DNA of 64,000 nt from an uncultured Candidatus Saccharibacteria bacterium (GCA_964579635.1 CAZOFV010000001.1:5622-69621), one strand, 5' to 3'. Counted from the stretch's first letter, positions 36,341 to 46,961 are shown. Numbers and translations: made by a program. Notes: generated by a model from the sequence alone, not told the origin.

Positions 36341-36679
36341 ATGAAAAAAGCAGTACTTTTTTTGTTTATAACTATATTAGTATTTTCTTCAATTCCTCTT
36401 ACCAAAGCTAATGCAGCTTCTGTTTTTGGTGGAAGAATCATGTCTATTGTTCCGTGCACTTGTTCTCCAGGGATGGCTGTGATTGTTGGGGCGCCTAGGC
36501 CAGCCGTTTTGTTGTTTGTTCCTGGAATTTCACGTTTATTCAGTAGAGGGCGCGTTTCCCCTGGGGTTTGGACGTTAGGAGACTATTCTTCTGGAGGGAC
36601 TTGCATGCAGATTGCTGGAAAGACATGTGCTCCGTACCCGCCTATTCAAGGGACAATTCTTAAGATGGGAACATCTTAG
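36341..36679 (+). CDS. Small secreted Cys-containing protein in a GC-elevated patch
   Basis: Signal peptide. An extended -10 TGcTATAAT lies 9 nt upstream, so the mRNA is likely leaderless. About 50% GC. Confidence 0.4.
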   Translation: MKKAVLFLFITILVFSSIPLTKANAASVFGGRIMSIVPCTCSPGMAVIVGAPRPAVLLFVPGISRLFSRGRVSPGVWTLGDYSSGGTCMQIAGKTCAPYPPIQGTILKMGTS

Positions 36680-36693
36680 TTCACGCCAACGTC

Positions 36694-37476
36694 TTATAAT
36701 TCCTTGGCAATCGATAAAAATAGTTCAGGAGATAAATCCTCTGCTCTTGTATTTTGGTCTAGTTTTAGTTTTGTAAAAACACTTAAAATATCCTCCCTTT
36801 TTGCCGCACTGGTTAGGTTGCTAGAAATTTTTTTACGCTTACTACTAAATCCAGCTTTTAATATTTCAAAAAATCTTTCCTCGTCTTTTTTGCTCTTGAA
36901 AGGTGATTTTATTTTTTCAATTGCAAGAACTGCTGAGTCAACGTTTGGTTTTGGGAAAAAACTTCCAGCGGAAACACGACGAATAATTTTAGGAGATCCA
37001 TATGCTTTTATGGAGATAGATAAGACGCTCTCTTTTTTGTCGCGCGCAATTATTCGTTCAGCAACTTCTTTTTGAACCATAAAGACAATTGTTTTTGGGC
37101 GCGGTCCTTTTTCAAGAAAAATTCGAAATAACATTCCAGTTAAGTTGTACGGGATGTTTGAAATTAGTTTATAGGAACCATTTTTTAATTCGTAGTCAGG
37201 AAAATTAAAATTAAGAATATCTTCTTGTAAGAGAATTAGTTTTTTTGAAGAAATTTCTTTCGCAAATTTTTCTGAAAGAAAAGGAAAAAGGTCGCGATCT
37301 TTTTCGACAGCAATAACTTTATCTGCATGTTTAAGCAGAAACTCGGTTAATATCCCCTTCCCCGGACCAACCTCAAGGACAATGTCTTTTTTGGAAATAT
37401 TTCCAGAAAGAGCGATATCTTCTGCAATTTTTTTGTCCGTTAGGAAATTTTGTCCGAATGATTTTTTTGGTTTCAC
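36694..37476 (-). CDS. rsmA: 16S rRNA (adenine1518/1519-N6)-dimethyltransferase
   Basis: FGQNFL and VLEVGPGKGILT motifs. Confidence 0.9.
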   Translation of the reverse strand: MKPKKSFGQNFLTDKKIAEDIALSGNISKKDIVLEVGPGKGILTEFLLKHADKVIAVEKDRDLFPFLSEKFAKEISSKKLILLQEDILNFNFPDYELKNGSYKLISNIPYNLTGMLFRIFLEKGPRPKTIVFMVQKEVAERIIARDKKESVLSISIKAYGSPKIIRRVSAGSFFPKPNVDSAVLAIEKIKSPFKSKKDEERFFEILKAGFSSKRKKISSNLTSAAKREDILSVFTKLKLDQNTRAEDLSPELFLSIAKEL

Positions 37477-37477
37477 G

Positions 37478-39424
37478 TTAATCTAAGTATATTACTTTTC
37501 CAACCGATTCACTTCTTTCTGTTTGTTCAAGTAGTGTTGGGTCGATATCATAAATAAATTCAGATGGAGTTTCAACTTGGCGAGAACCAAAAATAGTACG
37601 AACAGTAGCAAAAGTTAGAAAAACTTTTTTTCGAGCGCGAGTGATAGCGACATAAAATAAACGACGTTCTTCTTCGGAATCCTCCTCTGTTGTAGTTGGA
37701 AGATTAACTCTCGCGTGTGGAAATAAATTTTGCTCAAGCCCAACAATAAAAACATAATCAAATTCTAGGCCCTTTGATGCGTGGGCGGTCATTAAACGTA
37801 CACCATCTTTGTTTTTCTTTTGATCCATGGAGTCTTGGTCGCTCGCAAGGGCGGCATCTGATAGTAACTTCTCAACCCCTTCGTCTGGTTCAAAAATGTC
37901 GTACTTAGTAGCAAGAGAGGCAAGCTCCATCATGTTTTCAAGGCGTTCTAAATCTTCCTCACCACCTTCATCTTTGAAAAATTTTTCTAACCCAGTTTCT
38001 TTAATTACAAAACGGACTAACTCAGAAGTTTTCATCGTTTCCGATGAATTTTTTATTTTTTCAAGAAGCGCCCAAAAAATTGAGATACGTTCTCTCATTT
38101 TTGGAGGGAGTGAGTCTTCTTTACCAGAAAAAATCTTTGCGATGGTTGCATCACCTACTCCGCGCGGTGGAACATTAATAACACGCTTAATGTCGGAAAG
38201 TCCCGCTGGATTTCTCCCTGCACGAATATAAGCAAGCACATCTTTAACCTCTTTTCTTTCAAAAAATTTCACACCCAAAACTCGATGGGGAACATTAAGA
38301 GAAAGAAAACCTTCTTCAAGAGCACGAGATTGATAATTTGCGCGGTATAAAACGGCGATTTCGTTTGATGGTACCCCACTCTCAATTAGTTCTGCTGATT
38401 TTGAGGCAATAAAACGAGCTTCATCAGCTTCATCGTATGCTTCAAAAACAGAAATTTTTTCACCTTCTGCGTTTTTTGTAAAAAGATTTTTTTCTTTGCG
38501 GATTTTATTTTTTTTAATTATATCGTTTGCTGCTTGAAGAATGTTTTGTGTTGAACGATAGTTTTCTTCAAGAAGAACAACTTTTGCTCCAGGATAATCA
38601 TGTTCAAAATTTAAAATATTTCGTAAGTTTGCACCACGCCAACCATAAATATTTTGATCACTATCACCAACGACACAAATATTTTTTTCTTTTTTAGCAA
38701 GAAGGTGTGATAGTTCGTATTGAGCTGTGTTTGTATCTTGATACTCATCAATATGAATATATTTCCAGGTATCGTTATATTTTTTAAGAACTTCGTTATT
38801 TTCGCGTAAAAGAATTGTGGTTTTAGTAACAAGGTCGTCAAAATCAAAAGCATTTTCTTCTTTTAAAAGAGTTTCGTATTTTTTCCAAACAGAAGAAAGT
38901 ATTTTAGGAAAATAACCTTCCGCCGTTTCGGCGTATTCGTCTGCCGAAACAACGTTTCCTTTGTGTCTTGAAATAGCCCATCGTAGTCGCGCTGGGTCAA
39001 ATTGTTTTGGATCCAAATCTAGACTTTTGATGGCGTTCCTAACAAGAGAGACAGTTTCCTGCTCATCTAATATGGAAAAGCGGGCGGTGCGACCGACGTG
39101 TTGGGCATTTTCCCGTAATATCTTTACTCCTAAGGAATGGAAGGTTGCAACAAGTGGGCCATCTTTTAGGCCGAAATCGGCAACTGAGCGTCTGGTAGAA
39201 AGGAGGGCAGAAACACGTTGCCCCATTTCTGCCGCCGCCTTGTTTGTAAAAGTAATAGCTAAAATCGAGCTAGGTCTAATCCCTTTTTCAACTAAATGAA
39301 GGATTCTGTGGGTTATAGTCTTTGTTTTTCCAGCACCAGCACCGGCGATAATTAAAAGAGGACCCTCTGTTTGGGTGACAGCCTCTTGTTGTTGTTGGTT
39401 CAAGTCGTTTTTTAGAGAAGACAT
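37478..39424 (-). CDS. UvrD/PcrA-family ATP-dependent DNA helicase
   Basis: GAGAGKTKT Walker A and SF1 helicase motifs. Start moved to the internal MSSLKNDL. Confidence 0.9.
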   Translation of the reverse strand: MSSLKNDLNQQQQEAVTQTEGPLLIIAGAGAGKTKTITHRILHLVEKGIRPSSILAITFTNKAAAEMGQRVSALLSTRRSVADFGLKDGPLVATFHSLGVKILRENAQHVGRTARFSILDEQETVSLVRNAIKSLDLDPKQFDPARLRWAISRHKGNVVSADEYAETAEGYFPKILSSVWKKYETLLKEENAFDFDDLVTKTTILLRENNEVLKKYNDTWKYIHIDEYQDTNTAQYELSHLLAKKEKNICVVGDSDQNIYGWRGANLRNILNFEHDYPGAKVVLLEENYRSTQNILQAANDIIKKNKIRKEKNLFTKNAEGEKISVFEAYDEADEARFIASKSAELIESGVPSNEIAVLYRANYQSRALEEGFLSLNVPHRVLGVKFFERKEVKDVLAYIRAGRNPAGLSDIKRVINVPPRGVGDATIAKIFSGKEDSLPPKMRERISIFWALLEKIKNSSETMKTSELVRFVIKETGLEKFFKDEGGEEDLERLENMMELASLATKYDIFEPDEGVEKLLSDAALASDQDSMDQKKNKDGVRLMTAHASKGLEFDYVFIVGLEQNLFPHARVNLPTTTEEDSEEERRLFYVAITRARKKVFLTFATVRTIFGSRQVETPSEFIYDIDPTLLEQTERSESVGKVIYLD

Positions 39425-39967
39425 AAATGGAACTATAGCATTTAGCTTCGCGTTAAAGAAAAAATAAAAGGTATCATACCGCCGGGCAAGCCCTGCACCC
39501 AAAGCGTGTTCGCTTCGCTCACGCTTTGGCGCGACAAGCCGCGCGGTATTTTAATCCCTTATATTGCTCTCCTCGGCTCGGAAATGAGGAAGATTACTTT
39601 CTCATTTCACTCTCTCTACGTCGGCAATAAACATTTTTTTGTTTTTAAGGACAAAATTTTTCTTATCCCCACCCTGGTTGACTTCCTTACCATAGGGGGA
39701 TACCATTTCATATGAGGGCGGGAATACCCCACCCAAATTAGAAAAATGGCTCTGCTAGGCCATTTTTAGCCCTTTTAGGGACTTAAGATAGCAAAATTGC
39801 TTATTTTTCAACGGTTTTGCCCACTCGGGTCGTACAGGAAAAATAGTAATTTTTAAAATAGGCTTATCGAATATAAAGAAAAAGACCCTGGTTGTGCGAA
39901 TCAGGCGAAAAACCCCTTATTTCTAGGGCTTCTATCAAAGAGGCTTGTAACTTTATTTATAGGTGTT

Positions 39968-40969
39968 TTGTTGGTTTACTCATCTCCTTCTACGGCTTCT
40001 GCTAGTGTTTTTTCTAAAATAGGAGAACTTTTTTCTGGAAATGATGCAGAGCAGGTTGAGGTAACAAACTCTCAAAATATGCCTATTTTACAGGCAGTTT
40101 CCGGGCCTTCATGGCAGAGCCTTCCTCGTGGCGGTGGTGACATAACAATTATTGGTGGTGTTGCTCTTCTGCCGGATGCTGGTCCTTCTGGAACACAGGT
40201 TGAGGTTGATGAAAACCCAACCCCTATTTCTGGTCAGGTTAGTACTTATATAGTTAGAAAAGGAGATACGATCTCAAGTATCGCCAAGATGTTTGACGTC
40301 AGTACGGGGACGATTTTAAGCGCGAATGATTTAAAAAGAGGAGAAACTATTTCTGTTGGTCAAAAACTTATAATTTTACCAATTTCTGGTATTCAATACA
40401 CAGTAAAGAAGGGTGACACAATCACTTCTGTTTCTAAGAAATACAAAGTTGATGTTGGGGAAATTGTTGGATTTAATGGTTTTTCTTCTAGTGAAGATAC
40501 TCTTACTGTTGGTGAAGTGATAATTATACCTTTTGCTGAAATAGAAGAGAAAAGTCCAACAAGCACACAGCCAAGTAAGGTTGTTAATAAGGCTCGTGGG
40601 GTTAGTGGACCAGATTATAGTGGTTATTATATTAGACCCGTTTCATATGATTCTGGAACAAAATCTCAGGGATTGCATGGATATAACGGAGTTGATATCG
40701 CCGGCAAGGTGGGCACTCCAATTATTGCAGCAGCTTCAGGGGAGGTTATTGTTTCAAGACAAGGTGGTTGGAATGGCGGTTATGGCTCGTATGTTGTTAT
40801 CGCCCACGATAATGGGACACAGACTCTTTATGGCCACTTAAGCGGTGTTGTAGCAAAAGAAGGTTGGCATGTAAGCAAGGGTCAATTAATTGGCTATATG
40901 GGTTCAACTGGGCGCTCGACGGGATCACACCTACACTTTGAGATCCGTGGGGCAAAGAATCCATTTTAA
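39968..40969 (+). CDS. Peptidoglycan DD-metalloendopeptidase (2x LysM plus M23/LytM domain)
   Basis: Two LysM repeats (YIVRKGDTISSIA, YTVKKGDTITSVS). M23 motifs HGYNGVDI and GSHLHFEI. TTG start, no obvious signal peptide; start uncertain. Confidence 0.8.
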   Translation: MLVYSSPSTASASVFSKIGELFSGNDAEQVEVTNSQNMPILQAVSGPSWQSLPRGGGDITIIGGVALLPDAGPSGTQVEVDENPTPISGQVSTYIVRKGDTISSIAKMFDVSTGTILSANDLKRGETISVGQKLIILPISGIQYTVKKGDTITSVSKKYKVDVGEIVGFNGFSSSEDTLTVGEVIIIPFAEIEEKSPTSTQPSKVVNKARGVSGPDYSGYYIRPVSYDSGTKSQGLHGYNGVDIAGKVGTPIIAAASGEVIVSRQGGWNGGYGSYVVIAHDNGTQTLYGHLSGVVAKEGWHVSKGQLIGYMGSTGRSTGSHLHFEIRGAKNPF

Positions 40970-41035
40970 AAACAGAACGTCGGGGTAAGGATGATTGCCC
41001 AAAAATATATTTTGCGATCTAGATAATCGACCAAA

Positions 41036-41068
41036 CAAAAATCCACCTAACTTAGGTGGATTTTTGTT
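41036..41068. terminator. Bidirectional terminator between the M23 peptidase gene and comM
   Basis: AAAAATCCACCTAA cTTAGGTGGATTTTT. Confidence 0.5.
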
Positions 41069-41073
41069 TATTG

Positions 41074-42633
41074 TTAACTGCGAGATAAAAACGATTCTCT
41101 TGGGCGATAATGTATAGCTTCTAGTATGTGTTTATCTAAAATTTCGTCACTTTCATCTAAGTCGGCAATAGTGCGAGCGAGTTTGATTGTTTTATGATAA
41201 GCGCGGGCAGAGAAATTAAAACGTTCTGCGCTTTGTCGTAATATTTTTTCTGCATTTTCTGTAATGCGAGACATTTCTATAATATCTTTTGCCTTCATGT
41301 CAGTGTTTAATTTACCTGGTTTATTAAAAGACAAAAATCTTTCTTTTTGGCGCGCTCTTGCGCGTGTAACACGATTTCGTATTTCTTCACTTTTTTCTCC
41401 ATCACCTTTTCCAGAAAGTTTTTCGTAGTCAATTGTTCCAACTTCAATCCACATATCTACTCGATCAATAATTGGACCAGATAATTTTCTTTCGTAGCGA
41501 GCAATAGCAGAGGCAGTACAAGTGCACTGTTGTTTTTTGTTTCCGCGGTTACCACAAGGACAAGGATTTAGCGCCGCTACTAAAATAAAAGATGCTGGGA
41601 AAAGAGCAAAACCACGAGACCTTGAAATATTCACTACACGATCTTCAAGTGGTTGTCGCAATGATTCTAATACACGAGTTTCAAATTCTGGGAATTCATC
41701 CAAGAATAAAACTCCTCGATGCGCTAAAGTTGACTCCCCTGGTTTTGGAATTGCGCCACCGCCTATAACGGAAACATAAGAAGCAGTATGGTGAGGAGAG
41801 CGAAACGGAGGCACGGTGATTATTGTTTCTTTCAGTGTCCCTGCGGCAGAATGTATTCCTGTAACCTCAAGCATTTCTTCTTCGTTTAGGTTTGGTAGGA
41901 GTCCACGGAAACCTTTAGCAAGCATTGTTTTACCTGTTCCCGGTGGCCCATAAAGAGCAATGTTGTGCCCACCGGAAGCAGCTATTTCCAACCCCCTTTT
42001 GCCGGTTTCTTGTCCTCGTATTTCAGATAAATCTAAGTCTATCTCAGAAAACGATTGAGAAATTTCTGTTGGTGCAGAAGTTTTTATAAATTCTTCTTGA
42101 GAATTTTCCTCCTTCTTTTTAGAGAGATGGTTTATTAATTGTTTTAAATTTTTTACGGGAAAAATTTTTATTCCTTTTATTAAAGCAGCTTCGCTCGCAT
42201 TATCTTCTGGGACATAAAGCTCTTCAAACCCTTTTCTTTTTGCTTCTTCTGCAATAAGTAGTGTTCCACGAACAGGCATAACTCTACCATCAAGAGCAAG
42301 CTCCCCTACAAATATTTTTTTATCAGTGTTGAATGAAATATCTTGAGATGCGAGAGCATAAGCAAGAGCAATTGGAACATCAAAAACAGGACCCTCTTTT
42401 TTCATGTCAGCAGGGGCAAGTGAAACTACCACTTTTTCATTTTTACTTTTTGGTGGCTTAAGGCCAGAATTTTTAATTGCGGCGCTAACTCGATCGCGAG
42501 ATTCCTCGACGGCTTTGTCGGGAAGTCCGACAATTGAAAACGAAAAGAGGCCACGAGAAATGTCGGCCTCTACGTTAACCACATGTGCTTTTAGGAATTG
42601 TATTTGAGCTCCATAAACACGCGCGAAATTCAT
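41074..42633 (-). CDS. comM: Mg-chelatase-like AAA+ ATPase YifB/ComM
   Basis: Lon-like N-terminal domain, then Walker A YGPPGTGKT and the ChlI-type C-terminus. Confidence 0.85.
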   Translation of the reverse strand: MNFARVYGAQIQFLKAHVVNVEADISRGLFSFSIVGLPDKAVEESRDRVSAAIKNSGLKPPKSKNEKVVVSLAPADMKKEGPVFDVPIALAYALASQDISFNTDKKIFVGELALDGRVMPVRGTLLIAEEAKRKGFEELYVPEDNASEAALIKGIKIFPVKNLKQLINHLSKKKEENSQEEFIKTSAPTEISQSFSEIDLDLSEIRGQETGKRGLEIAASGGHNIALYGPPGTGKTMLAKGFRGLLPNLNEEEMLEVTGIHSAAGTLKETIITVPPFRSPHHTASYVSVIGGGAIPKPGESTLAHRGVLFLDEFPEFETRVLESLRQPLEDRVVNISRSRGFALFPASFILVAALNPCPCGNRGNKKQQCTCTASAIARYERKLSGPIIDRVDMWIEVGTIDYEKLSGKGDGEKSEEIRNRVTRARARQKERFLSFNKPGKLNTDMKAKDIIEMSRITENAEKILRQSAERFNFSARAYHKTIKLARTIADLDESDEILDKHILEAIHYRPRESFLSRS

Positions 42634-42648
42634 GATCTTAGCGATTGA

Positions 42649-43005
42649 CTATAAGTGCTCCATGCAGGTTGTTGCAGCTGCATTTGCATCAAGTCTTTTT
42701 TCTTCTATTTCTTTTCCACAAACTGAACAAATTCCGTACTTACCATTTTTTATTCGAAGCATCGCAGAATCTACCTCATTTAATCTTTTCTCTAATTCTG
42801 ATTGAGTAGCAGATACTTCTTCAAAATCTTCCATTAAATCCGCCATCTCGTTTTTGTCAGAAGAACTTGCGTCCATTACAGAAGGGACTGGTTCCCAGTC
42901 TTTTGGATTGCTTGGGTTTTTTCTTCCAAGGGATTGCATTTCTTCTTCAAGAAGCTTTTTTTCTTCGGTTAATTTTTGTATGTATTTTTCGTAATTTTTT
43001 TCCAT
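42649..43005 (-). CDS. DksA/TraR-family C4 zinc-finger protein
   Basis: Coiled-coil N-terminus plus CSVCGKEI...TTC. Confidence 0.75.
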   Translation of the reverse strand: MEKNYEKYIQKLTEEKKLLEEEMQSLGRKNPSNPKDWEPVPSVMDASSSDKNEMADLMEDFEEVSATQSELEKRLNEVDSAMLRIKNGKYGICSVCGKEIEEKRLDANAAATTCMEHL

Positions 43006-43066
43006 ATTTTTATTAAGATGTATTTTATCATAACCTTTGTTTTTTATCTCTATATATCAAAGTTGT

Positions 43067-44059
43067 TTATATTTGTGATTTTGAAACGGAAAGTCTGGTA
43101 ATTAGCTCGCTTAGAGTGGCTTCGTTCGTTGTTATTATTATGGTTTTTTTGTCCTTGAAATAATACATAATAATTGGTTGATCCGCGTTATCTTTAAGCA
43201 TTCGAACGTCTTTATTTTTTACAACAGCGTCTACGAAATCTTTTTCATAAATATTAGAATTACCGCTTGGGGCAATCCCAAACAAAGGAAGGATTTCTTC
43301 TGCCATATCTTTTTCCCAAGAATACATTCCGGCAGCCGCATTTTCATAGAAGTTTGTTTTAAGTATTAAGAATGGTTGGTTTCCGTTAAACGAATGAATT
43401 CCAAATAAAAATCCACTATCAAGAGACCGAAGAAGTGGAGAAGGTATTCTGGATTCTAATGCAGAGAAGAATCGCTCGGTGTTTATAATTTCTGGTTGGG
43501 CCGTGTAATCTTTTGTTTCTGTGAAATAAATATTAACCAATGTATCTAACCGAGGAGTTAGGTTTCTTATGGAAGTAATACTTTTTTTCCAAACAGCTTC
43601 ACGATTATTTCCTGTTATGTCTATCCCGAAGTCCTCTTCGGTTAAGATGAAAGTTTTTATGCGTGTAACTTCTGTAGAGGTGTTTCCTCCTATGTTCATG
43701 TTTTTAACAAAAAAGTAAGTTGAAAGAAGAACACCGGCGATTAGAAGAATAACGCTTAAGGAAATAAAGATGATGTTTTTTGAAGAGCGTGGCGAAAGTT
43801 CTCTGAGTTGACTCTCTTTTTTACCTTGTTCAGCAATAACCATTCTTACAAGAGATGTTTTGTTTTCTTTAACAGATCTAGCCGCATCACTTTGATACGT
43901 TCTAATTGGTGATATTTTAGGAGCATTACTTACCTTGGGCTGTTCTGGAACAGGAGAATCGTTTAACGATGTTTGTTGGCTAAGCTGAGCCTCAAAGCCT
44001 AAGTCGTTACTCGGTATTTTATTTTGCTCAGTAGTTTCGTCCATTAATATATTATACAC
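43067..44059 (-). CDS. Hypothetical bitopic membrane protein
   Basis: Single TM segment at about aa 95-118; long ORF. Confidence 0.5.
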   Translation of the reverse strand: MYNILMDETTEQNKIPSNDLGFEAQLSQQTSLNDSPVPEQPKVSNAPKISPIRTYQSDAARSVKENKTSLVRMVIAEQGKKESQLRELSPRSSKNIIFISLSVILLIAGVLLSTYFFVKNMNIGGNTSTEVTRIKTFILTEEDFGIDITGNNREAVWKKSITSIRNLTPRLDTLVNIYFTETKDYTAQPEIINTERFFSALESRIPSPLLRSLDSGFLFGIHSFNGNQPFLILKTNFYENAAAGMYSWEKDMAEEILPLFGIAPSGNSNIYEKDFVDAVVKNKDVRMLKDNADQPIIMYYFKDKKTIIITTNEATLSELITRLSVSKSQI

Positions 44060-44104
44060 GCGCGCACGGATTGCACTCTTTTCTTTTTGTGGAGAATATT
44101 TTTT

Positions 44105-46255
44105 CTAGGCGATATTTTTAGGAATAGTTGGTTCTTCGGGTTTTACTCCTTTTTTTGAAGCAAACTCTGGGTCAACGTCTTTAATAGAAAGATTAATGCG
44201 GTGTTTCTCGTCAATTTCTTTAATGATGACGTTTACTTTTTCTCCTATAGACAAAACATCTGCTACGCGATTGATGTGAAACGGAGCTATCTGTGAAACA
44301 TGAACAAGTCCATCGGTACGAGGTCCTATTTCAACAAAGGCTCCAAAATCCATAATACGAGCGACTGTGCCAACAAATTTTTCTCCAACTTTATATTCTT
44401 TGGTTAACTCCTTTATTTTCTCTAAAGCTTTTTCGGCACTACCATTTTTACCAACAATTATAATTCCACCCGTTTCATCAATATCAATTTGTTCTGCTCC
44501 GGTCATATCTTTAATTCCGTTTATTGTCTTACCACCGGGGCCTATGACGAGTCCTATCTGGTCTTCTTTAATTTTGTGACGCAAAACTTTTGGCGCTGAT
44601 GCTGAAAGCATTGGTCGTGGTGCTGGGATTGCCTCCTTTATTTTCTCTAGAATTTTTAAACGAGCATTTTTTGCATCAACAAGAGCTTCTTTTAAAACTA
44701 AAAGAGGGATACCACCAACTTTAATATCAAGTTGTACTGCGGTTATTCCGACTTCAGTCCCAGCAACCTTGAAGTCCATGTCGCCATAATGATCTTCTGG
44801 TCCTTGGATGTCCGTTAGAATTTTGTAATTTTTTTCACTCTCCATCATCACTCCCATAGCAATCCCGGCAACCGGTCTTTTGATTGGAACACCACCATCC
44901 ATCAACGCGAGAGTTGATCCACAAACAGAGGCCATTGAGGTTGAGCCGTTGGAAGACATTGATTCAGAAACAATACGAATTGTGTATGGAAACTCTTCTT
45001 GGTTAGGCAAAACGGCAAGTAAGGCTTTTTCCGCAAGTGCTCCATGTCCTATTTCTCTTCTGTTTATTGTTCCAACTTTTTTTATTTCTCCAGAAGAAAA
45101 TGGTGGAAAATTATAATGGTGCATGTAACGTTTTTCCGTTTTTATTTCGATTCCATCTATTGTCTGTGATTCTCCTGGGCCAGCAAGTGTTAACGCGGAA
45201 AGAACATGCGTTCCTCCGCGGTAAAAAATTCCTGTTCCATGTAGTACGGGAGAAATTCCACCGGCTTGGGCAAAGAGTGGTCGCACTTCTTTAAAATCTC
45301 TACCATCTGGACGTCTATTATTTTTTACCGCTTCTTGGTGGATAAAGTCATCCATCGCTTTTTCGAAATACGAAAGAGCAAGAGAGCTTTTTTCTTCAGG
45401 TAGTTCGTCTTTAACAACAACCATCCAATTTTCTAGAATTTCGTTAATAATTTTTCCACCCGCGCCACCACTTAGAATTTCATTGAACCTACTGGAAATT
45501 TTTTCGGCAAAAAGATTTTTCGCAACATCGCTAATTTCTTCTTTCTCAATCGTAATTTTTTTCTTCCCTATTTCCTTAATAATATTTTCTTGGAATTCCT
45601 GGAGTTTTTTAAGTTCCAACAAGGATTGTTCTAAAGCATCCTCGATAATGTCTTCTGGTATTTCTTTTCCAGAAGCTTCAATCATGTTTATTTTTCCGTC
45701 ACGTCCACAAATAACAAGCTCAAGATCAGCATCGTCATGGCGACGAAAATCATAATCAGGATTTATTTCTGGGGCATCGGATTTAGAATGTTTTGTTAGA
45801 CGAATTGCAGACACTGGTCCGTTCCAAGGAATGTCTGAAGTTGCAAGAGCGAGAGAGGCAGCATTGATTGCCAAAATATCAGGATCGTCTTTGTCGATTG
45901 CGAGGACGGTTATAATAACTTGTATTTCATTTCTAATATGGTCGTCAAAAAGAGGACGAATTGTGCGGTCAATAATTCTTCCAGAAAGAATTGCTTCGTC
46001 AGATGGTTTTCCTTCGCGTCTAACAAATCTACTTCCTAAGATTTGTCCGGCAGCATAAAAACGTTCTTCGTAATCAACGGTTAGTGGAAAGAAATCAATG
46101 TTGTCACGTTTTTCTTTTGAGATTACTGCGGTCGCAAGAACAATAGTTTTTCCATATGAGACAATAACTGAACCATTTGCTTGTTCGGTTAGGTCAGAAA
46201 AAGTTGCGGTTAGTGTTTTTCCTCCAATTTCACACGAGAAATTTTTCTTTTGCAT
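44105..46255 (-). CDS. pnp: Polynucleotide phosphorylase
   Basis: Two RNase PH domains plus C-terminal KH and S1 domains. Confidence 0.95.
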   Translation of the reverse strand: MQKKNFSCEIGGKTLTATFSDLTEQANGSVIVSYGKTIVLATAVISKEKRDNIDFFPLTVDYEERFYAAGQILGSRFVRREGKPSDEAILSGRIIDRTIRPLFDDHIRNEIQVIITVLAIDKDDPDILAINAASLALATSDIPWNGPVSAIRLTKHSKSDAPEINPDYDFRRHDDADLELVICGRDGKINMIEASGKEIPEDIIEDALEQSLLELKKLQEFQENIIKEIGKKKITIEKEEISDVAKNLFAEKISSRFNEILSGGAGGKIINEILENWMVVVKDELPEEKSSLALSYFEKAMDDFIHQEAVKNNRRPDGRDFKEVRPLFAQAGGISPVLHGTGIFYRGGTHVLSALTLAGPGESQTIDGIEIKTEKRYMHHYNFPPFSSGEIKKVGTINRREIGHGALAEKALLAVLPNQEEFPYTIRIVSESMSSNGSTSMASVCGSTLALMDGGVPIKRPVAGIAMGVMMESEKNYKILTDIQGPEDHYGDMDFKVAGTEVGITAVQLDIKVGGIPLLVLKEALVDAKNARLKILEKIKEAIPAPRPMLSASAPKVLRHKIKEDQIGLVIGPGGKTINGIKDMTGAEQIDIDETGGIIIVGKNGSAEKALEKIKELTKEYKVGEKFVGTVARIMDFGAFVEIGPRTDGLVHVSQIAPFHINRVADVLSIGEKVNVIIKEIDEKHRINLSIKDVDPEFASKKGVKPEEPTIPKNIA

Positions 46256-46418
46256 TTTGTTTTAAACCCGCCGAATTTCAGGATTGAAAGTTCTACAAAC
46301 TCTTTCAACTCTGCGTATCCGGCGACTTTTGTTAATGATAAGTTTCTTTAAGTTTCGCACGGAAACAACGTCTTTTCAATGCAAACAAAAATGAGACCAA
46401 TTTGGTCTCATTTTTGTT

Positions 46419-46961
46419 CTAATTTTTTTCTGATTCCCCCTTCTTTCCGCGTCTTGGCATTATGAGGAATTTTTTTGGATCGTTTGAAAGGTCAATAAAA
46501 TCGTCTGCGACAGCACGAAGGCTACTTGAGGCTGATTTACCAAAGGCGATAACTTCAACCTGTACTCCAACGTTTAGTTTTAGATATTCAACTAAAGGAC
46601 AAAAATCGCCATCTCCAGAAACAATAACAACAGCATCAAGCTTTGGCGCTAGCCTCATGGCATCAACCGCAAGGCCGACGTCCCAATCTGCTTTTTTGGC
46701 ACCCCCCCAAAAAATTTGAAGATCTTTAACTTTTGTTTCTATTCCAACTTTCCCTAGTGCTTCAAAAAACCCTTTTTCATCATCACCCTCTGTCTTTATG
46801 ACATATGCAATAGCTCGGACGAGTTGTCGTACTCCGACAGCCTCTTTCATTATTGCTCCAAAATTTACTTTTGCATGATATAGATTACGTGCGCTGTGAT
46901 AAAGGTTTTGCGTATCAATAAAAACACCAACTCTTTGGTCTTTATGTTTTATAACTGACAT
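46419..46961 (-). CDS. NYN/LabA-like domain protein
   Basis: RVGVFIDTQNLYHSARN and the VIVSGDGDF motif. Confidence 0.7.
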   Translation of the reverse strand: MSVIKHKDQRVGVFIDTQNLYHSARNLYHAKVNFGAIMKEAVGVRQLVRAIAYVIKTEGDDEKGFFEALGKVGIETKVKDLQIFWGGAKKADWDVGLAVDAMRLAPKLDAVVIVSGDGDFCPLVEYLKLNVGVQVEVIAFGKSASSSLRAVADDFIDLSNDPKKFLIMPRRGKKGESEKN

